A stretch of DNA of 63,792 bases, the filler included, from Octopus bimaculoides (Eukaryota): the NCBI RefSeq assembly GCF_001194135.2. It is 8 parts of 8 records of this genome, joined end to end, with 100 filler letters (N's around TTAATTAATTAA, not from the genome) between each part and the next. Parts side by side here need not be neighbours in the genome. Positions count along the whole stretch, not along the records: positions 37,331 to 40,424 come from NC_068994.1; positions 40,525 to 46,869 come from NC_068981.1; positions 46,970 to 62,450 come from NC_068987.1; 5 more parts are not named here. One strand, 5' to 3'. The notes beneath the pieces are model-generated. The model saw nothing but the letters and a program-made list of their open reading frames with translations. It did no database searches and was not told the origin of the DNA. Made by a program: the position numbers and the translations under genes. Positions 37,231-50,657 of the stretch are shown piece after piece; the first letter of the stretch is position 1, and each line of letters opens with the position of its first letter.

Positions 37231-38169
37231 NNNNNNNNNNNNNNNNNNNNNNNNNNNNNNNNNNNNNNNNNNNNTTAATTAATTAANNNNNNNNNNNNNN
37301 NNNNNNNNNNNNNNNNNNNNNNNNNNNNNNATATATATATATATATATATATAATGGAATTCACAGGACTCTTTATTCATTATTAAACGATCGTTTCGAT
37401 CCATCTTGCATTGATCCCTTGCGGATGGGATAGTATTCAACAAGCTGTATTGCATCATCTGGTGCAGATGCATTTCACCAGGTGTCTAGTTTTAAAGAAA
37501 ATAACTCGCCCAATACATGAGGTTTCGCTAGGTTCTATTATATAGCATATCATTACTGCCAGTGGGTTGCTGGCTATAATGACACTCATAGTCACACTTA
37601 TTTATCGAAAATGTGAATGACATCAGATAGCCTAAACAATGAAAGCGCTTTAATCGGCATACTATAGGTATGTATCCAAAGTGTAAATAATATATATATA
37701 TATGTGTGTGTGTGTGTGTCTATGTTCATGTATACCTAATAAATCATCTTTTACATTGAGTTACATAATTGATATTATTCTCACCTCTAGAAGTTTATTT
37801 CTGATTTAGTTTTGAAAAATATGTTGAATTTTTATACATATTGTATGTCTTGGCTGACTTACAGACATTTTTGGTAGGTTTCTAACTAGGTGTTAAGAAT
37901 TATAAATATTTTCAAGACATCTATATACAGAAAATTATTTAGAATTTCTTCGTAGCATCTGTAAATCATAGTGGTTTAGTTCAAAAGATTGGTCAGAGTT
38001 TCGGATGAAATACCTTGCGGCATATTTATACCGATCTTTATGCTTTGATATCTAATTCAGGCGCGTTTAGACCGGCCTTTCATCATTTTCTGATAAAATA
38101 TAACTGACTCGATTACTGTGGGCAACTAAATCGATTAACATCACCCAAATCTGTGTATATATAATTCAT

Positions 38170-38330
38170 ATGTAGGTGCAGGTGTGCTTGTGTGGTAAGA
38201 AGCATGCTTCCCAACCACATGGTTCCAGGTTCAATCCCTCTGCATGGCACCTTCGGCAAGTGTAATCAACTATAGCCTCGGGCCAACCAAAGCCTTGTGA
38301 GCAAATTTGGTAGACGGAACATATATACAA
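38170..38330 (+). mobile_element. SINE family A 5' half
   Basis: ggtgcaggtgtgcttgtgtggtaagaagcatgcttcccaaccacatggttcc. Confidence 0.85.
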
Positions 38331-38415
38331 AACAGCGATAAATAAGAAAACACAGCTGATTTCATGATTTCGTTCACATATATACATATATGTGTATGTA
38401 TATATATATGTATAT

Positions 38416-38458
<43 letters not shown>

Positions 38459-38477
38459 AATGTATTTTGGTAGTGTA

Positions 38478-38523
<46 letters not shown>

Positions 38524-39063
38524 TAATAAGACATAAGCATTCTGTAAGTTAATGTACCAAAAACGTATTCGTTTCCGTTTAGAAGGACACTTCATTCTTT
38601 GTCTTTCTCTCCTTTAAAATGTATGAACAAAAAACACGAACGCTACTTAATCTCTCCAAATTCGCGTATTCTACTCGAGTTTGTAAGAGAAATAGATGAT
38701 TTTCTGTAATTAGCATTAGCTTATCTCGGCATTAATGGCCGAAACCTCACTTGCTACAGTTTACAAATTCTAAGGACCTTCTTACTGTTATTTTTTTTTC
38801 CGTTATACAAAAGCATCATGATATCATGATACCAAGCCAATGTTATGTACGAATACAACATGCAATCTGATCCACTCCTATGGATAAAGAATAGAAAATA
38901 ATAGCTGAGAGATAAAATGTTCCAAATTTAATAAGCTGTTATCCGAATCAGGATCATTATATTTATGTTTACATTAATTTCTCTTTCTATATCGTCCAAA
39001 TTTAGAGATTCAGATATTGTTTTGAAGCATGCGCTCATACGTAGTTATATCTATATCTCTATC

Positions 39064-39115
<52 letters not shown>

Positions 39116-39801
39116 AATTATAGTATTAAAAATATATTTTTACATAGTACAAAACTGATATGGAACTCAACACGTTTATTAGAACTCGACAAATTCAAAG
39201 GAAATTGACTGTTTGTCAGTTCACACAGAGCTGTTGCCAGCTGTGGGAGAAAATAAATTATTCACAGTTTATATAAGGATTTTTTGACCTTGGAATAATA
39301 TACGTATTTAGAGAGATAATTCTGTTTGAAACCTAGTTTAAGAAGCAGGGATTATAATGAGAGAAAATATTCTCTTTTTGTGTTATTTACTTTTCTAAGA
39401 CAAATATTCTCTCTGTGTGTTTGAATAAATTTCTTATAGGAAAGAGTGTGTTCATAGGTTTTATCTTGATGTTTAACATTGACATAAGCCATCACAGAAT
39501 ACATGGGATGTCATTCGAGTTAGTTAGGGAATTGTTATATCGTAAGGTAAAATATGTAAAGTATCACATATTAGAAGTCTGTTTGCGGAATGCAAATATC
39601 GTCAAATCTAGAATTGAATACAATGGATAGAATGAATCTGTAAATTAGTTTTTGCCTAAACGACAAACACTCTTTTGGAGTCCATACACACTTATTAAAC
39701 GGTAAACAATATATTCTACCCCGCAATCGTAAAATTCCATGTACGATTCGAAACTCTGAGTACTATTAACTTTTGAAATGACACGCACTTGCACATATAT
39801 G

Positions 39802-39918
<117 letters not shown>

Positions 39919-39959
39919 GTATGTATACAGTAAATCCAAAATAAAACAAACAAAAGATC

Positions 39960-40200
39960 AACAACGCGGGGACGAGGTACATGTAGATTATTAGCAGACG
40001 CTTAGGAAGGAAAGAAAGGTGGTTTTACGTTTCGAGCAGTCGCTCTTCTTTGGAAACAGAGGAAAGTTCAATGGAAGAGAAGACGGAGGAAGAAAATCGC
40101 CAACGATTCAAATGTGGTTACATTTTGAAATGACCGGAAGCAAATGGGTGAAGAAAAGTTTCTTTTTAAGACAGGAGAGTGTAAGAGAAGGAGGTATGTG
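39960..40200 (-). mobile_element. Penelope pLTR-like remnant with a degenerate hammerhead-like motif
   Basis: - strand ttccaaagaaGAGCgactGCTCGAAAcgt (40024-40058); stem II and GAAA are intact but the CUGA core is not. Confidence 0.4.
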
Positions 40201-40639
40201 TATGTGCGTGCATGCAAGTCTCTATGCGTGTGTGGATATGTGTGTGTGTAATAGCACGTATGTGTGTGTATGTGTGTGTATGTGGTGTGTGTGTGGTTTT
40301 GGCTTTTTATATGTATATGTGCGAGTGAACTTTGTGTCGCTTATATCATATGAAATAATATTATATTATATATCACATTATATATTACATTCTGTAATAA
40401 TATTATATAACAATATATATATATNNNNNNNNNNNNNNNNNNNNNNNNNNNNNNNNNNNNNNNNNNNNTTAATTAATTAANNNNNNNNNNNNNNNNNNNN
40501 NNNNNNNNNNNNNNNNNNNNNNNNGTTTGTGTGTGTGTGTGTGTGTGGGTGTCTCTGTGTGTGTGTGAGAGTAAGTGTGTGTGTGTGTGTGTGTGTTTAA
40601 TGATGCTTCCTATTACTGTCATTATTTGCACACAATAGC

Positions 40640-41170
40640 CCATTCCAGTAAAGTGTTGTTGTTTGCAGTGGTACATTTGGGTGCAGGTAGTTTATCTGAA
40701 ATTTGCTGGTGATGAGTCGTGTTGGAACTCATCTACTGGGGCTGCCTTCACGAATGGTGGTATGATGCTTCATTCTTACTTCGGCTTCCGTGTAAAAATT
40801 GTTAACGTGAGTCTCAAGAAGAACGAAATCATGAATCTGATGAGAATGGTCGGCAACACAATCAAGATTGAATTAAATTTCTCATGTTTCTGAAGGATGG
40901 ATTGATATTTTGTAGATTCAGTGAAGCAAAACTCATACAAGGGGAGTAGTGCTTGAAAAAGACTTATGTCTTATTAGATGGGAAGAGTGTATTTTCTGTA
41001 CTAGGGTAGTGACTGGGACTTGTGCTGTGTGGTAGCACAGATACATATGCATAATCAAGAAGACCCAATCTAAATGAAAAGCACCATTTCGGAGAGTTGT
41101 TTCAGTCAGGATTTTGTCAAACTCCCCGAAGTGGAGATGTGCCTTATTGGACGCAAGTAGAGACTGCTCT
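40640..41170 (-). mobile_element. Old CR1/Jockey-like LINE remnant (endonuclease to RT linker)
   Basis: Weak motifs ...TETTLRNGAFHLDWVF... and PTR..KFQI; several stops. Confidence 0.35.
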
Positions 41171-43199
41171 ACTCCGAATATATGTTTTCTCTTAACATAT
41201 ACATATTATGAACTCTGTGACTCAAATGAAATTTATATATGACCAAAAGGAAACAATTTTTCAGAAACAAAAATTAGATCAGATTCACCTTCTTTCGAAT
41301 GTCATATGCTTTTATATGCTTTTGTCTCTCTGTATTAGAGCGTTTTTCCGGTTGCCTGATATATGTAACGGTATTTTGCGTTTTTCATTTTTACGCTTTT
41401 AGATACTAATTTTCTCCATTTAACATTTTATGCAGGTTCATTGTTAAATCCTTATTGTACATTGATATAGTTAGTGGTTTGAAGACAGTTCCTGATTTTA
41501 AGCATATAATACTATTATAGGGTCTTTAATAAGAGAACATGTAGAGGCATAGGAGAACGCATGCCATATTTACATAATAAAACGTCTGACTTAGTAGTTT
41601 TTCTATAAAATGCAAAAAATTCTTGTTCTTGGAATTTTATAATTCAACGTCCTATTCATTCATGTTGTGGTGCATCCATCACACGCATTTTATCTATTCT
41701 TTTTTTTTTTTTGCTAATTTTGGTTTGTGTGTGCACATATCTTTCAATGTCTATGCTATATAGGTAATCCATTTGGTTATTGAATTGAATATTTAATGGC
41801 AGACAACACGTTATGCAAAATTACTAAGACTTTTGTTCAAAACTTAAATCTTGTCAAATTCAAATTTGCTTTCGTACCTGAAGGTGACATAAAGATGTGT
41901 ACTGTCTTTGAAGTAATCAACTCAGAGATCCCCGAAGTTGCAAGTCTTGTACCAATATTGAATGCTATTATTAGATTATAATTCAAGGTTTCATGATGTT
42001 ATCTTTGAGAGATGCCTTTCACTCTATTTCAAGCATATCCGTTTTCTATAATTCACAGTCATCAGTTTTTGATAAAGAAAACCCTGTTCAAATTTCCTAT
42101 CACAAGCATGTGCATATTGGGTAAGAGTACAATATCTTAAGAAAAATAAAGTAACAGAGTGAACAATTGATATTTATTGCAAAGATCAATTATGCGAGAT
42201 GAAAGTGAAAGACGTTAAATAGATGTTCGTAGCAACTTCAACTTCTCAAGAGGTTGCTTGGTAAGCTTTACAATCCATGCTGCTTCATTAAGTATTTCCG
42301 ATAAGCTGAGATATTCCCGAGAACATTAACTTAATTTTTATTTACTTCCGGATTCTAGAATATTCCTCTTCTAATGAAATATTTTATATTTCACGGTATA
42401 CAACTTCCTTTTTGTATGAAAAATGTGTATCATATTTTAAGTATGTTTAGAGGTAAAATATCACGCTAAACTAAATTATTGTAAGCTGAATTTCATATAT
42501 CAGATTAATACAACATTGCTGTAATACTTGCAAGTAATATGTTTGAATACAGTGCATTTTTGCAATTATGAGGTAAATCTTTAAAATAGAAATTTACACT
42601 GTATTACATATAACACTGACACGCAAGCATACGTTTGTATATACACAGTATTCCCATACATGTCTGTAAAGTTACATATGTACATGTTTATATAGATGAC
42701 TATATACATAATCCAAATTAGAAGGCAAAGGAATATTTTATCAAGAATTTATATACCAGTTACAATAATTTGTGCACAACTGTGTTTTCAAAGTCAGATC
42801 TCGCAAGACTTTAAGCGCAAATTTACGTAATATATAAGGGTGACAATGTTTCAGACCTGCATTAAAGCTGTGCTCTCATATTGTGCACAATGTAAGAGTG
42901 TATCTTTGGTGCAGATTTGAAGAAGTGCAACTTTGATGTTTGAAACTGCACATATTCCATACATGTTCAACTAGAACTACTGTGAAAATGTGATTTTGCT
43001 GTATTCTGCGATTTCATCATGAACAGGAAGCTGTGTGACATTGAGCCGATTGTGTTGAACATACTCTCGTTGTAGATGGGAGATGCTTTTGAATAGCTGA
43101 AGCAACATTTCGTGTGTGCGCAGGAACGATGAGTGGATGAAATATGGCACCCTATATTTACCGAGTGATTTTCCATTTATGAGCTATCGTGAGTGTCGT

Positions 43200-44460
43200 T
43201 CTTCTGTCTTCTCTTGAGAATTTTCCCCTTACAGTAGTTTTATGGGCGTCTACTCCGGCATGCATTTTCATTTTATGTCTTCTCATCAGTTCAAATATTT
43301 TCCCAAAGTTTTCAACTTCTTCAATGGGAGTTTGTGGGATTCAATTGTGATATTCTCCTTCACTATGTCGTCTCTGAATAGATTAATGTGAACACCTTAA
43401 GTTGCTTGTAAAAATTATTTATCTTCTGGAAATATTCGTATTTTTTTTAGCTTTTGCTTGGACTTTTGTTCCAGTATTTCTTTTGTGGATACCGCCTCAT
43501 CTCTTGTTGAACCTCCATATTTTCTCTTCATCTTACTTCCTTTTCTGAATCTGATATTATTTCCACAGGTTAGTTAATTTAATATTGATATTTCTCCTCT
43601 CATTAATTCAATTACGTTTTCAATTTTACTCCTCCAGTTTAGAATTCTTCACAGGTTTCCTATATTTTTGCTTTTGCGAAGGCATACAATTTGTTTCAAT
43701 TGCCTTATTTTCATTTACTTCATTATGAACAAATTTTATTAATTTTATTTGTACTTGTATTTGAGATTCTGTTAATTGCTTCTACAACATTCATAATTTT
43801 ATGCCTTACAACTGCAAGCAACATCACTCAGAACTTTCTACTTCATTTCCATTTTATTCTCTGTGTTCTTCGGTAAGTCTTATACAATTCCTATGCAACT
43901 TTCCAGGTATTCTTCGTCAGGTTTATTTTATATTCCATGTTTTTTCAGACGTCTGTGTGATTTCTCCAGATCGCAATCTTTCATTTAAAACTCGTTGCAG
44001 GTTATTCTCTTCATCTGATTATTCCATTTCATTCTTACCATGTTTAGGCTATTATCCACAACGTGCATGGTCTCGTTTATTTCAGCATCTGTGAGTGTAT
44101 TTTTTCTAAAGTTATTTCTTCGAACATTTGCTAACGCTAACATATCTTTAACCAAATAGGGCCTGGTATCTTGATTTCGTGTTCACACTTTGTAAGCGAT
44201 CTTTGTGTATCTCTCTGGAGAAGGCCTACCTAATGCATAGGAATAAGTCTATATTACTTCTCTATGCTATTTCCAGAGCCATATGATCCTGTTATTTTTT
44301 TTTTCTCTTTGTGGTGGATTTGATAGTTAACACAGAGGGCTCGAGATGAGGCACTTCCTGATGAGGTTTGCATTCGGAGAAGAGTTCATTCCAATGGATG
44401 GCTTTTTGACTCCCGGTTGCATCTCTCCCGAGCGATGCGCTTCCATTTAACCACAGGTTA
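43200..44460 (-). mobile_element. Degraded R4/Dong-like (RLE-type) non-LTR element, N-terminal region
   Basis: Frameshifted WRSKIEN..ELMRGEISIL...KEILEQK.QAKA...PIEEVENF.KI...NENA pattern. Confidence 0.55.
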
Positions 44461-45721
44461 AGCGATATGGTTAACTGTTTCAATTTCTCCTTTTGGATTA
44501 TAAAACACTTGTTATGTTATATTAATATCATTATTATTCTTGTGTCCTGTGTGGCATATAAAGAAATGATTACTATATCTATCATTAGTATCATCACCAT
44601 CATTATTACCACCATTGCAAATTATCGTTACCATTACAATTATTATGCTACTTTAATAGCTGTGGTCACCACTGATTAACATTACTATTGTTGCTGTTTT
44701 GTCGTTCTAGGTACTTTCTGTGACTATGGTGACAATGTAGTCTTTATCATCGTTGTTATTGTTTTTTTCCTTATACGTTGTTGCTGATATTGATGTCGCT
44801 GGAGATAGCCAAAGTTAAGTTTGTTGGCTTTATTCCTATGAATGTATAGTATCGTTAAATGTTACTAGATACTGCCAGATATTCCAGGTAGTCACAAGTA
44901 CATGAGAGGTGCGGGTATTATAGAGAAGAGACAACACTTTGTGGACATAATTTTAGATATCATTCGTCTATAAACAGATTCAAAGGATGGTGTTAGAGAA
45001 CCAACAAGTGAATGTTTGCATCTATGTTGTCAGCAGATTAATGAGTGATAAAAGATTTTGAAGAGAACTGATTTACTTTGCTATTTTTTAATTACCAATA
45101 CAAAACAATATTTATCGTTGATCGTTACATTATTACATGCAGTTTTTTGTGCTTTACAGTGTTCATAATTGAGCGGTTTGTAGATATGTCAGCCAGCTAC
45201 GTTCTGGGTTTGATTTCAGTAATGGAGCGTTCTGAATTTTGAGTTTTGAAGGTGCTTCAGTATTTGCTGCATATGAAAGAGGAATGTATGCGTGTTTGAA
45301 AAGCTAGAGGAAATTAAGAAATTATGAACTCACAGAGAGGCGCTTATTTTGAACTTGTACAAGTTAAATATCGCGTGGTGATGCAGAGTATTCTTGTGAC
45401 AAATGAGGTGTTTGGATATTCTAATAACCAGAGAAAAAGGTTAAACGCTGAAGCAAAATTGTAGATATTGTAGTTTATGAAATTATATGGAAGACGATTG
45501 TTTGCGTGTCGGGACAGAGGAAATTTCAAATATTCAGATTCTTAAAACTATTCCTATTACTAAAAAGGATAGATGTATTCATAGTCTTCCGCCTTTTCTT
45601 CTTCACTAGTCCCATTTTATCCATCTCATTGGTTTCGATCCGACATTTCATAACAAAAATTTACAATCTTACAGTGTTTATTATTTTTCTCTGAGTTCAA
45701 ATTTTGCCAAGGTCGACTTTG

Positions 45722-45820
45722 CATAGCTTCTTCTTTCTTCTTCTTCTTCTTCTTCTTCTTCTTCTTCTTCTTCTTCTTCTTCTTCTTCTTTTTCTTCTTC
45801 TTCTTCTTCTTCTTCTTCTT

Positions 45821-45903
<83 letters not shown>

Positions 45904-46036
45904 NNNNNNNNNNNNNNNNNNNNNNNNNNNNNNNNNNNNNNNNNNNNNNNNNNNNNNNNNNNNNNNNNNNNNNNNNNNNNNNNNNNNNNNNNNNNNNNNN
46001 NNNNNNNNNNNCTTCTTCTTCTTCTTCTTCTTCTTC

Positions 46037-46083
<47 letters not shown>
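45722..46083. repeat. (TTC)n(TTA)n compound microsatellite (gapped)
   Basis: Direct inspection. Confidence 0.95.
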
Positions 46084-46084
<1 letters not shown>

Positions 46085-46485
46085 GGCGCAGGAGTGGCTG
46101 TGTGTGTGGTAAGTAGCTTGTTTACCAACCAGTCCCACTGCGTAGCACCCTCGGCAAGTGTCTTCTACTATAGCCTCGGGCCGACCAAAGCCTTGTGAGT
46201 GTATTTGGTAGACGGAAACTGAAAGAAACCCGTCGTATATATGCACATATATATATGTGTCTGCATATGTTTGTGTGTCTGTGCTTGTCCCCCAACATCA
46301 CTTGACAATCGATGCTGGTGTGTTTATGTCCCTGTAACATACCGGTTCGGCAAAAGAGACCGATAAAATAAGTACTAGGCTTACAAAGAATGCGTTCTGT
46401 GGCCGATTTCTTCGACTAGAGGTGGTGCTCCACCATGGCTACAGTCAAATGATTGTAACAAGTAAAAGAGTAAAAGAGTAAAGGA
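46085..46485 (+). mobile_element. SINE family A, full length
   Basis: ggcgcaggagtggctgtgtg...aaatgattgtaacaagtaaaagagtaaaagag. Confidence 0.9.
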
Positions 46486-46489
46486 GAGA

Positions 46490-46869
46490 ATTATTATTAT
46501 TATTGTTCAGTAATCTTATTTTTATAACGTGCTTTCACTTCACTACCGAGCGCAGCTCTGTGCGCTTTGGGTATGTGCTGTGGTTTGCTGTGGTGCTCTT
46601 ATGTTTACTGTATTGAAAGTGTTTTGCGTAGAATGTGTGCAGTACCCAGTAGTGCAATTTTCTGTATGTTATATATATTTGTAAGTCCTGGTGTTTTTGT
46701 TATGTATTTGTCTGAATATATTTTTTATTATACCTAAGGCACCTACTATGATAGGAATTGTTTCTGTTTTTAGATTCTACATTCGAGTTATCTCTATTTC
46801 CAGGTCTTTGTATTTTGACAGTTTTTCCATTTCTTTTAGAGAAACGTTGTCATCTGCTGGTATTGATAC
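46490..46869 (-). mobile_element. R4/Dong-like non-LTR 3' end (RLE C-terminus, 3' UTR, (AAT)n tail)
   Basis: VSIPADDNVSLKEMEKLSKYKDLEIEITRM*NLKTETIPIIVGALG...IQKIALLGTAHILRKTLSIQ*. Confidence 0.85.
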
Positions 46870-47069
46870 NNNNNNNNNNNNNNNNNNNNNNNNNNNNNNN
46901 NNNNNNNNNNNNNTTAATTAATTAANNNNNNNNNNNNNNNNNNNNNNNNNNNNNNNNNNNNNNNNNNNNTTTTATATGTATTAATAATGGGAAGAGTTGC
47001 AGAGTGAGTCAAGAGCTGAGCCACTTCTACAGATTATTAATAGAAAACGTGTGTATGTATGTATGTATG

Positions 47070-47103
<34 letters not shown>

Positions 47104-47109
47104 TAATTT

Positions 47110-47830
47110 AAAATTTTTTTTCTTGTTTCAGTCCTTATATTGTGGTCATGCTGGGACACTGCCTTGAAGAATATTAATCGAAAGAATCGAGTCCAGTACT
47201 AATCTTTTGTAACGTCTGGTAGTTGTTCTATCGGTCTTTTGCTGAACTGCTAAGTTACAGAGACGTAAAAAAACACGAAAACCGGTTGTCACGCGTTGAT
47301 GGGGGACAAACACACACGCAAAGGCACACACACCTAGATATATACACCCCAAACCACGCTAACAGTTCAGGAGTGAAATTTAGGATTTCTCGGTTTTCTG
47401 TGAATCGCTTTTGTTAAAACTTTTCCCCGCGGGTTTGCACATTATAGTAACATCATTGTTATGTTTTCATTATTCTGTATACCATCCTTTCTTTTTTTTA
47501 AATTTCAGATTCTTCAGTTTTGGGGTAAACAACACTAACAGATTTTGAATAAAAAAAGCAAGGACGTTACACAGAATAACGAAAACATAATAATGGTGTT
47601 GTCATTGTGTGCAAGCCAGCTGGGAAAAGTTTTATCAAAATCGATTCGCAGAAAACCAAGGAATCCTAAATTTCACTCTTAAGCTATTAGTGTGGTTCTG
47701 GGTGTATATACAACGGGCTTCTTTCAGTTTCCGTCTACAAATTCCATCCACTCACAAAGCTTTGGTCAGCCCGACATCAGAGTAAGGTGTCACACAGTGG
47801 GACTGAACCTGGAATCATGAGGTTGGAAAA
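47110..47830 (-). mobile_element. SINE family A interrupted by a MITE
   Basis: 3' half at 47110-47340; 5' half resumes at ~47707. Confidence 0.8.
47343..47706. mobile_element. TA-inserted MITE with long imperfect TIRs
   Basis: tacaccccaaaccacgctaacagttcaggagtgaaatttaggatt... pairs with ...aatcctaaatttcactcttaagctattagtgtggttctgggtgta. Confidence 0.8.
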
Positions 47831-47912
47831 CACAAAACGTTTGTTACTAATAATCGATAGAAATGAATCAGCTGTTGAGTCACTCTGTAACGCTGCCAAT
47901 TTTTTTTATAAA

Positions 47913-47972
47913 TAGTAGTTAGGATTCCCGGTTTTCACCCAGGCGGCCCGGGTTCGATTTCCGGCATGGGAA
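47913..47972 (+). pseudogene. 5'-truncated tRNA-Glu(TTC) copy
   Basis: tagtagttaggattcccggttTTCacccaggcggcccgggttcgatttccggcatgggaa matches the 3' three quarters of eukaryotic tRNA-Glu; the 5' acceptor strand is absent. Confidence 0.8.
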
Positions 47973-47985
47973 CGTAAATTTTTTA

Positions 47986-48445
47986 TAGGCGCAGGAATGG
48001 CTATGTGGAAAGTAGCTTGCTTATCAAGCACATGGTTTCTGGATTCAGTCCCACTGCGTGGCACCTTGGGCAAGTGTTTTCTACTATAGCCACGGGTCGA
48101 CCAAAGCCTTGCGAGTGGATTTGGTTGACGGAAACTGAAAGAAGCCCGTCGTATATGTATATATATATATATATNNNNNNNNNNNNNNNNNNNNNNNNNN
48201 NNNNNNNNNNNNNNNNNNNNNNNNNNNNNNNNNNNNNNNNNNNNNNNNNNNNNNNNNNNNNNNNNNNNNNNNNNNNNNNNNNNNNNNNNNNNNNNNNNNN
48301 NNNNNNNNNNNNNNNNNNNNNNNNNNNNNNNNNNNNNNNNNNNNNNNNNNNNNNNNNNNNNNNNNNNNNNNNNNNNNNNNNNNNNNNNTGTGTGTGTGTG
48401 TGTGTGTGTGTTTGGTGTCTGTATTTGTTCTCCCAACATCGCTAC
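47986..48445 (+). mobile_element. SINE family A (gapped, 3' truncated)
   Basis: ggcgcaggaatggctatgtggaaagtagcttgc...gaaagaagcccgtcgtat. Confidence 0.85.
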
Positions 48446-48756
48446 CTAATCTACAAAATAAATAAAACATTTTGCATTTTATGTATAGTAATCCGACTAA
48501 CCTTCATAATTTTATTGAATTAGGTGCATATTTTGCCATGAGAGGAGAAAGTTGTTATCGATCTATAATTTTCAAGGTAGGCACTGCCTAGGCGGCATGT
48601 CACTGGTACATACATACACACACATACATACATACATACATACATACATACATACACACATACACACATACATACATACATATGCACACATATAAGTGTG
48701 TGTTTCTCTCATACTTCTTGACCCTAATTTTGGTTTCTTTATGTCTCCCTAGTGAA

Positions 48757-49105
48757 GGCACATGGCTCAGTGGTTAGAGTGTCGGGCTCACAAGCATGAG
48801 GTAGTGAGTTCGATTTCCAGACCGGGCTGTGTTGTGTTCTTGAGCAAGACACTTTATTTCACGTTGCTCCAGTTCACTCAGCTGTAGAAATGACTCGTGA
48901 CGTCACTGGTGCCAAACTGTATCGGCCTTTGCCTTTGCCTTTCCCGTGTATAACATCGGTGGCGTGGAGAGGGGAACCGGGATGCATGGGCAACTGCTGG
49001 TCTTTCATAAACAACTTTGCTCACACTTGTGCCTTGGAGAACTTTCAAGGTACAATCCCATGGTTGCTCATGACCGATGGGGGGGGGGGGTCTTTACCCT
49101 TTACC
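48757..49105 (+). mobile_element. SINE family C
   Basis: ggcacatggctcagtggttagagtgtcgggctcac...; similar to 28110-28420. Confidence 0.9.
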
Positions 49106-49129
49106 CTTTTTTATGTCTCCCTCATTTAG

Positions 49130-49650
49130 TGATTCAGCTAAAAGAGACTGATAGAATAAGTACCAGACTACCAATCGCTGGGGCCGATTTAATCGACTAA
49201 AATCCATCAAGGTGGTACCCCAGCGTAGCCACACTCAAAATATTTCTTAATGTTATTAAATGTTACGCGGGGCGAAATGCTTAGCGGTATTTCGTCTGTC
49301 TTTATGTTCTGAGTTCAAATTCCGCCGAGGTCGTCTTTGCCTTTCATCCTTTCGAGGTCGATAGATTAAGTACCAGCTGCGCACTGGGGTCGATCTAATC
49401 GACTGCTCCCCACCCTCCAAATTTCGGGCCTTGTGCCTAGAACAGAAAAGAATCGTAAGCACGCTGTGCAAAATGCTTTAGCGACATTTCGTCTGTCTTT
49501 ACGTTCTGAGTTCAAATTCCGCCAAAGTCGACTTTGTCTTCCATCTTTTCGGGGTCGTTAAAATAAGTACCGTTGAACACTGGGGTCGATATAGTCGACT
49601 ATAGCCCTCTCACAAAATTTGAGGCCTTGTGCCTATAATAAAATGGATAT
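49130..49650 (+). mobile_element. SINE A tail fragment followed by two tandem SINE B copies
   Basis: B bodies at ~49265 and ~49460. Confidence 0.85.
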
Positions 49651-50214
49651 TAAGTGTTAAATAAATAAAACAGATCATATTCATGTTAATATAGTTGAGG
49701 CGGGTATGAGTCTGGTTCAGTGTGTGACCAGAGCAATGGCTAAGAATAGAACCGAATTTTAAATGTAGTTTCTCATATTCAGGAATTATTATGTGTGAAT
49801 GACTTATCACTTAGATAATGGAAGAGTCAGTGGAGGGAGGATCCATTGTTGGGCTAGTTTTAGGGGATTAAATATCTTTAATCCGGTCCTGTTTTGGGGG
49901 AGATGATTGTGGAACTTAAGGAATGTCTTGGTTTGTGTTACTATGTTTGACCTAGATTTCGATTAATGGAAATAGGACGATGACACCAAAACTACTGAAG
50001 CGTGAACAAGACGAAAACAAACAGAAACAGCAATACAAACAAGGACAGCGATAACAGAATCAGCAGTAGCAACAGTGGCGACAATAGCAACAACGACAGC
50101 AACATCGACAACAGAAATACCAAGAGCAGCAGCAGCAGCAGCAGCAACCGCAACAACAACAAAAACAACAATAGCAAGAAGAATAAGGTCAATGAAAACA
50201 ACAATAATACTGGT

Positions 50215-50540
50215 ACTCCGTCGGTTGCGACGACGAGGGTTCCAATTGATACGATCAACGGAACAGCCTGCTTGTAAAATTAACGTGCAAGTGGCTGAGC
50301 ACCCCGCAGACATGCGTACCCTTAACGTAGTTCTCAGGAAGATTTAGCATGACTCAGAAGGTAACAACGCTGACCCTTTGAAACACAGGTACACACTCAT
50401 TTTTTGCCAGCTGAGTGAATTGGAGCAACGTGAAATATAAAGTGTCTAGCTCAAGGACACAACGCGCCACCGGGAATCGAACGCACGACCTTACGATCGC
50501 GAGCCGAATACTCCTAACCATTAAACCACGCGCCTTCATA
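50215..50540 (-). mobile_element. SINE family E within an (AAC/AGC)n tract
   Basis: Similar to 19120-19440. Confidence 0.9.
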
Positions 50541-50657
50541 CGACAATAATAACAACAGCGGCAACAAAAGCAGAAACAGCAATAACAACAACAGCAGTAA
50601 CAATCATAACAGCAAAAGTTACAGCAACAACAACAGTATTAATACCAACAACATATG

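Noticed and set aside
42035-42070. Other CTGA(T/C)GA...GAAA pairs (also ~43280, 43915, 40847, 44357)
   Set aside because: No stem I/III pairing or no R-Y closing pair; not hammerheads.
41960-42120. + strand open stretch ending at a gtaaga donor (similar cases at 39439-39540 and 59025-59115)
   Set aside because: Weak acceptors or in-frame stops; no similarity to myosin or any family I recognise.
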